From Flavobacteriales bacterium (lineage in GTDB: Bacteria > Bacteroidota > Bacteroidia > M30B66): 64,000 bases of DNA. The notes under the pieces were generated by a model. It searched no databases and was not told the DNA's origin. It saw only the letters and a program-made list of their open reading frames with translations. Every line of letters starts with the position of its first letter. Within the stretch, counting starts at the first letter, position 1. The stretch is from assembly GCA_040403315.1 (NCBI GenBank), contig JBBAKX010000006.1, positions 12,473-76,472 on the forward strand. The letters are read 5' to 3'. Both the position numbers and the translations under genes were made by a program. Of this stretch, positions 29,909-39,281 are shown piece by piece.

Positions 29909-30020
29909 GCTGAATGTCTTTCGGTTGATAAAACCAAAAATCAATCAGAGAGAATCAAATAGTCGGATGTTAACCGTTTATAAACGTTTATAACCGATTA
30001 TCACCGGATAAATGGTAGAT

Positions 30021-30674
30021 TTATTTCTTTAAAATGCTGATTAATAAATCATTAAGTGAACTGATGGAATCTTGAATTTTCCATGCATTTCGGTTTCTCG
30101 GTTCCACGTAATTTGAAATCGATCGTATCTGAATCGCAGGAATATCAAGCATTCCTGCCACATAAAATACAGCAGCACCTTCCATTGATTCTGTATGCAC
30201 GTCTGTACAATTTCTTTGTAATTCACTAATGCTAAGTTCATTACCATGTACTTTTTGTACAGTAATGGCATTCACCTTTTTTATATTGACCAATCTTTCT
30301 TTAAGATAATCTATTGACTCATAGAGTTTTCCATCTTTGAATGGTTTTTCATTTGCTTGAACTAGTCCAAGTGAAAAAATATCGATAAAGCTATCTTGGT
30401 CTTCTACTCCCCAATGGTAGAACTCATCTCTTTGCACACAAACTGTTTCACAAAGTTGAAGACTATAATCTATGGCGCCAGCAATTCCGACGTTAATGAT
30501 CAAATCAGGCTTGTCTGAATTTAAGTGTTGAGATAGTTTGAAAACTGTTGGCACGATACCCACTCCTAAATTTATCCATTCGATGGAGTGCGGAGAATTA
30601 AACCGAGATTCTTTGTAAGCGTTTTTTGCTAACGAAAACTCTGTTTCAGTGGCCGATGCAATTAAAATTTTCAT
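30021..30674 (-). CDS. PNP_UDP_1-family nucleosidase (futalosine hydrolase MqnB / MTA-SAH nucleosidase-like)
   Basis: The 217-aa product has the N-terminus MKILIASATETE and the GIAGA and catalytic E/D positions typical of MTAN/MqnB. I cannot discriminate between MqnB and Pfs by eye. Confidence 0.5.
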   Translation of the reverse strand: MKILIASATETEFSLAKNAYKESRFNSPHSIEWINLGVGIVPTVFKLSQHLNSDKPDLIINVGIAGAIDYSLQLCETVCVQRDEFYHWGVEDQDSFIDIFSLGLVQANEKPFKDGKLYESIDYLKERLVNIKKVNAITVQKVHGNELSISELQRNCTDVHTESMEGAAVFYVAGMLDIPAIQIRSISNYVEPRNRNAWKIQDSISSLNDLLISILKK

Positions 30675-31005
30675 TTGCTAAAAGTAGTTCAATCAGTTAA
30701 AAATTAGGCTTATCATCAGAATTTGAAGTAAGCAAAAGTGACTTGTGTTTACTAATACTTTAAATAAAACGAAGCCTTGTTTGAGAATTGGGCAGAAGGG
30801 GCAAAATGATTTCAGAAATCATACAAATTTATGTTAGGTTAAATCCACTTCATGCATGCAATATAATTTCAGGAGGATAAAATTAACAGAGCACATGCGC
30901 GAAAAATCAATTTCTTCTTGTTAATTAGCGATTTACAGACACCTTGAATTTTTCAGCATTAACATTGAGTTAGTTATGCTGATTGAATTGTAATTTTGCT
31001 TTGCT

Positions 31006-32115
31006 ATGATAGAAACAAATACCTCCAGACTTCAATGGACTTTCAGAATCATGTTGATGGCTGTGCTCGGTACGCTCCTGCTCTCGAGTAAGGTTTGGAT
31101 GACGGATAGAAACTTCCCGGTAATTCCAATTTTTGAAGGAATTCCTTCCATGCCATCTCCACTTGATTACATACTTTATAGTGTTTTGATTGTTTTGGCA
31201 ATTTACCAGATCATATATTTAGAAAACCGAAATACCATGTATGCACTAATCGGCATGTATGCATTTTTGATGGCAGGCGACCAAATGCGCTGGCAGCCAT
31301 ACAATGTGCAATATCTGTTGATTATGATTGGTTTGTTGTTTTATCCTTTGAAAACCGATCATTTGTTAGCTGCTTTTAGGTTTTTCATTATTGCATTCTA
31401 CATATGGAGTGGATTTCAACAACTTAACATGGTTTTTATTCAGTCGATTTTTCCATGGTTAGCGGGGCCTCTGGCAGAAAAATTCCCGTCAGCAATGGAA
31501 GAATATGTTCTAGGTGGTGGGTACGTTTTCCCATGGCTTTTCCTCTTTACTGGCGTTGGTTTGTTAGTTCCCAAACTCAGAAATATTGCAGTTTATGTAG
31601 GCGTATTTATTCAACTCTTTTTGATTTATTCGTTTAGTCCGCTCGGGAACGATTGGAATGAAGTAATTCTTCCTTACAATGCAGCTTTGGGGATGTTTAC
31701 TTGGCTCCTATTTTTTAACGCTGAGTTGAATTACAAAGAAATATTTGTTACCAAGTTTAAATTTCATTGGGCTTTCATTGGCTTGTTTGGAATCCTTCCA
31801 ATAGCTAGTTTTTTCGGAATCTACGATAGAATGCAAAGCTTCAATACGTATTCTGGGAAAGCTTATTATGGAAAAATTTACGTTACCGAGCAACTTGCTG
31901 AACGTTTGCCCGACGGAGTGAAACGCTATGTTTTCCGTCCACCGCTATCAAAACCATTTATCGAAACAACTTATTGGTCGATGGATGCTCTGAAGGTTTC
32001 ACCTTATTCTGAAAAAAGGATTTATCGCTCTTTAGAGAGCTACATTTGCTCTTTTGCTGAAGGCGATTGTGCTGCAGAATTGGAAATATATACCTACGAA
32101 GACGCCGCTAATTAA
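31006..32115 (+). CDS. polytopic integral membrane protein (hypothetical; HTTM-like aromatic-rich helices)
   Basis: 369 aa with at least 8 predicted TM helices. It is contiguous (3-bp gap) with the following DUF5916-like gene. Confidence 0.45.
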   Translation: MIETNTSRLQWTFRIMLMAVLGTLLLSSKVWMTDRNFPVIPIFEGIPSMPSPLDYILYSVLIVLAIYQIIYLENRNTMYALIGMYAFLMAGDQMRWQPYNVQYLLIMIGLLFYPLKTDHLLAAFRFFIIAFYIWSGFQQLNMVFIQSIFPWLAGPLAEKFPSAMEEYVLGGGYVFPWLFLFTGVGLLVPKLRNIAVYVGVFIQLFLIYSFSPLGNDWNEVILPYNAALGMFTWLLFFNAELNYKEIFVTKFKFHWAFIGLFGILPIASFFGIYDRMQSFNTYSGKAYYGKIYVTEQLAERLPDGVKRYVFRPPLSKPFIETTYWSMDALKVSPYSEKRIYRSLESYICSFAEGDCAAELEIYTYEDAAN

Positions 32116-32117
32116 TC

Positions 32118-34331
32118 GTGAACCATAGATTTGTTATCCTTTTAACGGGATTAATCCTTATTACATCTAAGGTTTCAGGACAGTTTAAGTCTCCTCAATT
32201 TTCAATTCAAAAGGCGACAGATGAAATAAAGATCGACGGTCTATTGAATGAAACCTCATGGGCTTCATCAAATCTTGCAGACCAGTTTATTCAACAATTT
32301 CCATTCGACTCTACACGTTCGATTAGCCAAACTCAGGTTCGTGCTACTTATGACGATCAGTTTCTGTATTTCGGTGTTGTTTGTTTAAATCGCGATTCAA
32401 ATCAGAAATATGTTGTTCAAACGTTGAAACGTGATTTTGACGACGAATTAAATGATGCGTTTCATATCATTCTCGATCCATTCGAGGATCAATACAATGG
32501 ATTTTCTTTCCAAATTAGTCCTTACAATGTTCAAGCTGAGGGATTAATCACTTCAGGAGGCACTTATGGCCAGTCGAACAATTGGGACAATCGGTGGTAT
32601 TCTCATGTAGTTAGATATGCTGACCGCTGGGTAGCAGAAATCGCAATACCATTTAAAACACTAAGGTTCTCAACGGATATTAGAAGCTGGGGAGTTAACT
32701 TTGCGAGGGTTGATCTTCAACACAATGAAGTTTCTGTTTGGAGTCCGATTCCTCGAACATTTTCTCTCACATCTTTAGCATTTACTGGGAAAATGAATTG
32801 GGATGAATCGCCAAAAAAAACTGGGCTCAATGTTTCCTTGATCCCATATTTGATTGGAGAAGCGAACAGAGACTATCAAAATCAATCGAAGGCAAAAAGT
32901 AGATTTAGTGGTGGTGGAGATGCAAAAATAGCCATCTCTTCATCTTTGAATCTGGATTTAACCGTAAACCCCGATTTTTCTCAAGCCGATGTTGATAGAC
33001 AAATCACAAATCTCACTCGGTTCAGTTTATTTTTCCCTGAAAGGCGGCAATTCTTTCTTGAAAACAATGACCTTTTCGGGCAGTTCGGATTTAGTCAGAT
33101 TCGTCCGTTCTTTTCCAGACAAATTGGACTTTCAAATGGAAACAGAATTCCAATACAATATGGTGTTCGACTCAGCGGAAAGTTGAATAAAAAATGGAGG
33201 ATAGGATTGCTAAATGTGCAAACAGGTGCAGATAGTTCATTGAAGGTTGCATCCGAAAATTTCACTGTAGCCTGCTTTCAAAGACAAGTCGGAACAAGAT
33301 CTAACATCGGAGCTATTTTCGTTAACCGTCAAGAAACACAAGGATTAACGCTGAACTCATTAAAATTTAATCGCGTTGCTGGTCTTGATTACAAGTTGGC
33401 TAGTAAAAACGGCAAATGGAATGGCATTGCATTTTTTCACAAGAGCTTCGATCCAATCGCTGTTAAGTCTGAAGATTATGCTCATGCAAGTTTTTTACGC
33501 TACGATGATGCGAATTGGAGTTTAATGTGGAACCATGAATACGTTGGAAAAAACTATAATGCAGCTTCAGGATTTGTTCCTCGGCAATCGCAATATGATG
33601 GCTTGAATCAAAAATCTGTCAACCTAAGTTTTTGGAGGTTAGAACCTGAGGTTCAATATAGATGGTTTCCTAAAAAAAGTAAAATTAACATAGTTGAGCA
33701 TTCAATTTATTGGTCTGCTTATGCTGACTCCTCATTGAGATTTACAGAGTCTATTTTAAATCTTAATACCCAATTGAATTTTACAAATTCTGCTTACGCA
33801 GGGATCAATTATAACTATAACTACTATCGGTTAATTTTTCCAATAGATGTTACCTTTTCGGGTGCTTCCCTCCTACCTGCAATCGGCTATAACAATTTCG
33901 ATTTTTCTATTTATGGGAGGACGGATATCCGCAAAAAAATTACAGGTTCTATGGTTTTAGGTTGGGGCGAATTTTACACTGGTAATAAAACTTCCCTTTC
34001 AGCAACAAGTCTATTTCGCTTTCCTCCCTTCGGTCTAATTGGATTGAATTATACGAGAGATGAAATAAATCTAGGATCGAATTTTAAACCGATCACCTTA
34101 AATCTTATTGGGCCACAATTGGATATTAGTTTTAGCAGAAATATGTTTTTTAGTAGCATTTTACAATACAACGATCAGCTAAAAAACATGAATATTTTCG
34201 CTAGGTTTCAGTGGAGATTTCAGCCGATGAGTGACTTTTTTATCGTTTTCACAGATAATTTCCAAACACCTGATTTAAAGAAAAAAAATCGGGCTGTTGT
34301 ATTGAAATTGGTTTATTGGTTTACACCTTAA
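32118..34331 (+). CDS. secreted CBM9-like + DUF5916-type outer-membrane-associated protein
   Basis: The signal peptide is followed by an N-terminal domain (…IDGLLNETSWASS…) resembling carbohydrate-binding family 9. A long C-terminal region rich in beta-strand/aromatic repeats ends in Phe-X, which is beta-barrel-like. Confidence 0.5.
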   Translation: MNHRFVILLTGLILITSKVSGQFKSPQFSIQKATDEIKIDGLLNETSWASSNLADQFIQQFPFDSTRSISQTQVRATYDDQFLYFGVVCLNRDSNQKYVVQTLKRDFDDELNDAFHIILDPFEDQYNGFSFQISPYNVQAEGLITSGGTYGQSNNWDNRWYSHVVRYADRWVAEIAIPFKTLRFSTDIRSWGVNFARVDLQHNEVSVWSPIPRTFSLTSLAFTGKMNWDESPKKTGLNVSLIPYLIGEANRDYQNQSKAKSRFSGGGDAKIAISSSLNLDLTVNPDFSQADVDRQITNLTRFSLFFPERRQFFLENNDLFGQFGFSQIRPFFSRQIGLSNGNRIPIQYGVRLSGKLNKKWRIGLLNVQTGADSSLKVASENFTVACFQRQVGTRSNIGAIFVNRQETQGLTLNSLKFNRVAGLDYKLASKNGKWNGIAFFHKSFDPIAVKSEDYAHASFLRYDDANWSLMWNHEYVGKNYNAASGFVPRQSQYDGLNQKSVNLSFWRLEPEVQYRWFPKKSKINIVEHSIYWSAYADSSLRFTESILNLNTQLNFTNSAYAGINYNYNYYRLIFPIDVTFSGASLLPAIGYNNFDFSIYGRTDIRKKITGSMVLGWGEFYTGNKTSLSATSLFRFPPFGLIGLNYTRDEINLGSNFKPITLNLIGPQLDISFSRNMFFSSILQYNDQLKNMNIFARFQWRFQPMSDFFIVFTDNFQTPDLKKKNRAVVLKLVYWFTP

Positions 34332-34408
34332 TATTACTGAGTTAACTGACATCCATCATTTTTTGGAAGTTTCTGCAGAGGTACATTTGATATTAAAACC
34401 AATGTACT

Positions 34409-34813
34409 ATGGAAATTCAATTCACGCCGGAAACCACCTTAAGCGAACTTCAAGATAATTTTTCAAAACTTTTCCCGAATCTTAAATTGGGATTCTTCGT
34501 GGATCTCAACGATGACGATCAGTATAGTCAAGATGAGCTCATCAAAAACGAGCATTCAAATCTCCGATTGATTAATCCTAAAATTGAAGCTGGTGCTTTA
34601 AGTGTATCTCCTAACACCAAGATAATGGACTTTGAAACCGACGCAGTTCGTCAATTAGGGGTTGATGTACAAGTTTTTCGAAAGTCGGGGAAATTGTGGT
34701 TAGCTACGAAACAAACTGATCACAAGTCGTTTGCGGAGCAAGAAGAAATGAGTATTCAAATGAATCAGCCAATTGAACCATTCACACCCTTGGATTATCA
34801 AGATATGGATTGA
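34409..34813 (+). CDS. hypothetical acidic protein
   Basis: The 134-aa ORF has ordinary codon usage. I recognise no motif in it. Confidence 0.35.
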   Translation: MEIQFTPETTLSELQDNFSKLFPNLKLGFFVDLNDDDQYSQDELIKNEHSNLRLINPKIEAGALSVSPNTKIMDFETDAVRQLGVDVQVFRKSGKLWLATKQTDHKSFAEQEEMSIQMNQPIEPFTPLDYQDMD

Positions 34814-35335
34814 GTATTTTGAGGTTATGAACAAGCTAGTTTAGAACTTTGCTTTCAAATCAAATATTTATGTTTGAACATAATTCAAAAGGGATCAACT
34901 TCACTATTGGGTAGGGGAAAATGGTGGGTTTTTCCCAACAAAAAAGAAGAATTAAATCCAAATTTTGTTTTCAACAACCTTATTCAACTCGGTATATTTT
35001 CATCAACTCGGTGGATTATTCTTGTACATTGGGTACTTTTCTATTCTAACAAAATAGCACAAACTATTGATTATCATAGTTATAATAAAGTATAATTATG
35101 TTCCATAAAATGTATAGAAAATTATCTACCTGAATTTACTATGACCCATTATATAATGAGTTTAAACCTCATTGTTGCAATGTGTTAAAAGGGTGTGATT
35201 TCAATAAAATGAAAGAAGATTTACGGTTGTTGTTGAAGATTTAACTAGCCCGTTTAAAATGGTTGTGTGTTTAATCAAACCACCAATTCAAACATTGGAT
35301 ACTCATAAGTCAATTTCTAATACTCAAGAATTTTA

Positions 35336-35695
35336 TTAATTCAATACTTCCACCTTAACCTTTACCAACCCAGCACCTAGCATATTTAGCTCTTTTGCAG
35401 CTGCTTTACTCAGATCAATTACACGGTTGGTTCCTTTCATTCCCCGGTCATTCACTTTTACAATAACTGATTGATTGTTTCTAAGGTTTGTAACTTTTAC
35501 CAATGTTCCAAAAGGCAAGTATTTGTGCGCTGCGGTTAAACTGTCCTGGTGAAAAACTTCCCCACTCGCAGTTTTTCGACCATGAAATTTGTCAGCGTAA
35601 AAACTAGCTACTCCAGTGTCAAGTTTGGCTTTTTGTTTTTGCGCTATACCTGAATTAGTTGCGATTAAACAGCATATAATTATGAAAATTCGCAT
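35336..35695 (-). CDS. RlpA-like double-psi beta-barrel (DPBB) lipoprotein/secreted protein
   Basis: The signal peptide is followed by [21 protein letters not shown]…[25 protein letters not shown], the RlpA/DPBB signature. Confidence 0.7.
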   Translation of the reverse strand: MRIFIIICCLIATNSGIAQKQKAKLDTGVASFYADKFHGRKTASGEVFHQDSLTAAHKYLPFGTLVKVTNLRNNQSVIVKVNDRGMKGTNRVIDLSKAAAKELNMLGAGLVKVKVEVLN

Positions 35696-35840
35696 GATTA
35701 ACTTGATTTAGTTATTGTTATTAGGACATTTTCAAATCAAAGATACCAGATTGTCTCGTATTATGTCCGTCTCTGTAGGGAATGGGAAGGATGCGAGCAA
35801 TTTGATTACTCAGATTTATGTTGTAGTTTTCGACCTGAAA

Positions 35841-36869
35841 ATGAATCCAAACAACCCGTCTATATTGATTACTGGTGCCAGTGGAATGGTTGGCGGTCAT
35901 GTGACATTGCAGTTTCTTTCGGCTGGGATAAGTGTTCGATTGTTGGTTAGAAACCGAAAGAAAACTGAACTTTACTTGTCTGAGCTTATTGAATTCTATA
36001 AGCTTGATTTAAATTTACGCGATTCCAATATTGATTGGTTCGAAGGAGACCTGAGCGACATTCCTTCTTTGGAAATCGTGTTTCAAGGAATCACCTCCGT
36101 AATTCATGCTGCGGCTTTGGTGTCTGTTTATTCATCAGATACAGCCAAGATGAATAAAGTTAACATTGAAGGCACTGCCAACTTGGTGAATTTAGCTCTT
36201 AATCATTCAGTGAAATGGTTCGGATTTGTTAGTTCTGTGGCTACATTAGGCCCAAATCCAGATGGCTTGGTTGATGAAGATTACTTTTGGAAGCCAGGAA
36301 AACACCATACCGTTTATGCCATTTCAAAATACTTAGCGGAACAAGAGGTCTGGCGAGCGCAAGAAGAAGGATTGAAAGTATTGGTTGTTAATCCAGGGTT
36401 TATTATTGGTCCTTCGTCGGAAGAAAGAAGCAGCGCGCGGGTGTTTTATAAATTGAAACGAGGAATCCCTGCATACATCAACGGGGCAGGAGGTTATGTA
36501 GATGTTAGAGATGTGGCAACAGCAATTGTTAGCTTTTGGACAAACCAAGTTTCAGGCAAAAGATTCATCCTTTCGTCCGAAAATTTAAGCACGAAGGCGT
36601 TTTTACTGAAATCGGCCATGGCAATGAACTCAAATGTCCCTAAACGAGAAGCTTCGGATGTGTTTGTAAAATTTGTGAGGAGAATTGATGGACTGCTTTC
36701 CTTTTTCCTTCGTAGAAGGCCAACCTTAACTAAAGATTTGGTTAAAATGTCACTTTCCAAAAACAGATATGACAATCAAAAGTCTATTCAATTAGGCGTT
36801 CAATATCGATCAGTAGACCAATCGCTCGCTGAAATTGCACCGTATTACTTAGCTAAATTTCAAAAGTAA
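35841..36869 (+). CDS. NAD-dependent epimerase/dehydratase family protein (extended SDR)
   Basis: It has the Rossmann motif ITGASGMVGGHV and a YxxxK region (YAISKYLAEQ). The start is placed at ATG 35841; the ORF extends to 35715. Confidence 0.8.
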   Translation: MNPNNPSILITGASGMVGGHVTLQFLSAGISVRLLVRNRKKTELYLSELIEFYKLDLNLRDSNIDWFEGDLSDIPSLEIVFQGITSVIHAAALVSVYSSDTAKMNKVNIEGTANLVNLALNHSVKWFGFVSSVATLGPNPDGLVDEDYFWKPGKHHTVYAISKYLAEQEVWRAQEEGLKVLVVNPGFIIGPSSEERSSARVFYKLKRGIPAYINGAGGYVDVRDVATAIVSFWTNQVSGKRFILSSENLSTKAFLLKSAMAMNSNVPKREASDVFVKFVRRIDGLLSFFLRRRPTLTKDLVKMSLSKNRYDNQKSIQLGVQYRSVDQSLAEIAPYYLAKFQK

Positions 36870-36877
36870 CCCTGCTT

Positions 36878-37387
36878 TCAAAGGCTGAGCAAATCCATCG
36901 TTAGGGCTACAGTATAATGCAGCAGAATTCCAGGTAGAATACTTCCAGATCTTAATGCCATTTTCCCTAAGAATATTCCAGCGATAATCGCGGCGATGGT
37001 TTCTGGCATTGGCTTTCCAAAGTGTATCATACAATAAGGAATAACAGATATGTATACTGCATTTTCGTTGAAAAATTGTTTGCAGTTAAACAAAATGAAA
37101 CCCCGAAAAAAGTATTCGATACCAACAAACTGAAGCAGATAAAATGTTTCCCAAATAACGAATCTTTTCAATGGGAAATTCCCTTTAGGAAAGTAGTAAA
37201 AAGGATACGTAGCTTGAAAATGCGTGTTAAAAGAAGCAATAACAACCAGCGGAATTACCAACATTAACATCATCAGATAAATTCGAAAATGTTGCTTTGG
37301 AATGTTCAATGAAAGTCCAGTTTGGGCAATATTTTGTTTTAATCCAATCCTTGAAAACAGATACGGTAAAAGGAAGTAGAAAAGCAT
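36878..37387 (-). CDS. CPBP-family (CAAX protease / Abi) intramembrane metalloprotease core
   Basis: It has TM helices with a motif-1-like IEYFFRG (EExxxR-like), FxxxH (MIHFG) and a C-terminal H…D region. It is in frame with the upstream 66-aa ORF across a single TAA (see findings). Confidence 0.55.
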   Translation of the reverse strand: MLFYFLLPYLFSRIGLKQNIAQTGLSLNIPKQHFRIYLMMLMLVIPLVVIASFNTHFQATYPFYYFPKGNFPLKRFVIWETFYLLQFVGIEYFFRGFILFNCKQFFNENAVYISVIPYCMIHFGKPMPETIAAIIAGIFLGKMALRSGSILPGILLHYTVALTMDLLSL

Positions 37388-37393
37388 ACAACC

Positions 37394-37594
37394 TTATGCC
37401 CAAGCCAACATTCTGTGGTAATGTTCAGGGTTTTTCCCATTAAAAAAAAAGCCAAAAAAAAATGTAGCCAATTGTTCTCCTGAACCTAAGTAATCTTTGA
37501 AAGTGAGCATCAAGCAGGTAAAACAAATAACCAAAGCCAGTTTGATTTCTGATTCGTTTTTAAACCATTGCTTTAAAATCAACATTTTCTTCAC
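37394..37594 (-). pseudogene. small membrane ORF in frame with the CPBP core across one TAA stop; it may be the N-terminal part of a disrupted CPBP gene or an independent micro-ORF
   Basis: This 66-aa hydrophobic ORF ends at the TAA at 37394-37396, and the CPBP ATG follows two codons later in the same frame. Homopolymer tracts A9 and A9 lie at 37443-37464. Confidence 0.3.
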
Positions 37595-37736
37595 TTTTAG
37601 GTAGCCTAAGATGTAAATAATTCTGTTTATAACTGTGAAAACTTAAAGCATAAAACCCTTTTGTTTTTTGCATTTTTGTTTCTTCAGGATGAAAATGTTA
37701 ACACCTATAAAGTTCCCAATCAATAGCCCGCAATCG

Positions 37737-39278
37737 ATGTTGAATCGAACAATAAAAGTGCAATGGTTCAGTTTCAGGACCGCGCTTATTTTTACTTTAG
37801 CAAGCTTGTTGTTAAACGTTGGAAATGCTGGTGCACAAGATCTTATGATCACGTCAATCGATTCTTCAGCCTTTCCACAGGTGAAGTTTCAAATTGTGTA
37901 CAAGGGAAAAAAGAAATTTGAGAAAAGTGAATTATCGCTTAGTCAGGACGGTCGACCTTTGGCATTTACAATCAACGAAAGTGCGCCGGGTTCGGCTCCA
38001 GAAAAAGGGCGAGCGATATTCTTCCTCATAGAAGCATCAGGGAATACATTTGGAAAGCCATTAATCGAAATGCGCGAGGGCGTGATTAGTGCAATGGATA
38101 ATCTCGAGCCCGAAGATCTATTCAATGCATCCACTTTCGGCTCATACGAAGTTGACAGTATTGGATTAATGAAAATGGCAGATCACTTTTCTGCTTCACA
38201 TGGACAAATTCGCGAGTCGATCATCAGTAAAATGAGGGCTTTTGAAGATACGGCACTTAGGTCCGATCTTTACAAAAACATTCTTGAATCGTTAAACTTT
38301 TTCAATGCAGAAAAGGGAATTCCTCAGCATCGAATACTCATTGTAATCAGCGCTGCTCGAAACAATAGCAAATCTCCACAAACTAGTTCAAGTGTTATTG
38401 GAAAAGCTAAGGATTTAGGGATGCCTGTCCATTCAATTACCGTGCTTGCTAGCGATAGCGCATACAGCGCTGGTAGGATGGATCTAATCAGTAAAAAAAC
38501 AAAAGGCAAGTACTTCACTTGTAAGTCTCAAATTGAAATTGCAAATGCGATCACCGACATTCTGAATTTGCCAGTTCCAGAAAGCATGAAGGATGCTACA
38601 TATGAGGTCACACTTACAGCATTTAATGAATTACAATTAAATACTGCCAAAATTGAGCTGAACTTTAGAGGAACTCGTCAGATAATTACAGCAAGTATTT
38701 TTTCTGGTGGTAGTTTAATTCCAGAGGACTATAGAAAATACATGTGGATTTCAATTGGAATCTTAGGATTAATTGTCATTATCATGATATTGATCAATGT
38801 ATTTTCAAGAAGGAAGTTAAGATCTTCAAGCAAAGAAATTGATATGACGGTTCCCGAATTTATTGAGGATGATGCTCCGATTATCGAAGAAAAACAGCAA
38901 GTACCAACCATAAGGGTGCAACAAAAGTCAAGTTACAAAAAACAAGAAACAGAAATATCTTCTCCTGTATTCCCGAATGAGCCGCCAAAGTCGAATGGGC
39001 CCGTTGTATTGGTAAGTTTGAACGGCAGAACGCAAACTTACCCTTTAATTAAAGAAGAAACTTTTATAGGTAGACACGATAGCAACGACATTCACGTTCC
39101 CGAACAAACAGTTACTGGTCGTCATGCGGTTATCCGTTTAAAACTTGGGAAAGTCTCAATTGAAGATTTAGGAAGTACGAATGGAACATTTGTAAATGGT
39201 GAACGTATTCGATCAAAGGAAATAATGCCTAGCGACCGAATTCGGGTTGGTCAAATAGAAATCACAGTTAAGGTATAG
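37737..39278 (+). CDS. single-pass membrane protein: signal peptide + periplasmic vWA-like domain (degenerate MIDAS) + TM + cytoplasmic FHA domain
   Basis: The signal peptide is …ASLLLNVGNAGAQ. The vWA-like core (AIFFLIEASGNT … ILIVISAARNNS) is followed by a TM helix (YMWISIGILGLIVIIMILINVF). The C-terminal FHA domain is (FIGRHDSNDIHV…VTGRHAVIRL…STNGTFVNGERI). Confidence 0.7.
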   Translation: MLNRTIKVQWFSFRTALIFTLASLLLNVGNAGAQDLMITSIDSSAFPQVKFQIVYKGKKKFEKSELSLSQDGRPLAFTINESAPGSAPEKGRAIFFLIEASGNTFGKPLIEMREGVISAMDNLEPEDLFNASTFGSYEVDSIGLMKMADHFSASHGQIRESIISKMRAFEDTALRSDLYKNILESLNFFNAEKGIPQHRILIVISAARNNSKSPQTSSSVIGKAKDLGMPVHSITVLASDSAYSAGRMDLISKKTKGKYFTCKSQIEIANAITDILNLPVPESMKDATYEVTLTAFNELQLNTAKIELNFRGTRQIITASIFSGGSLIPEDYRKYMWISIGILGLIVIIMILINVFSRRKLRSSSKEIDMTVPEFIEDDAPIIEEKQQVPTIRVQQKSSYKKQETEISSPVFPNEPPKSNGPVVLVSLNGRTQTYPLIKEETFIGRHDSNDIHVPEQTVTGRHAVIRLKLGKVSIEDLGSTNGTFVNGERIRSKEIMPSDRIRVGQIEITVKV

Positions 39279-39281
39279 AAG

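Noticed and set aside
34874-35095. 73-aa ORF in the AT-rich 520-bp intergenic region
   Set aside because: It has an AT-driven low-complexity composition, no motif and no RBS-like context. It is retained only as part of the intergenic-region finding.
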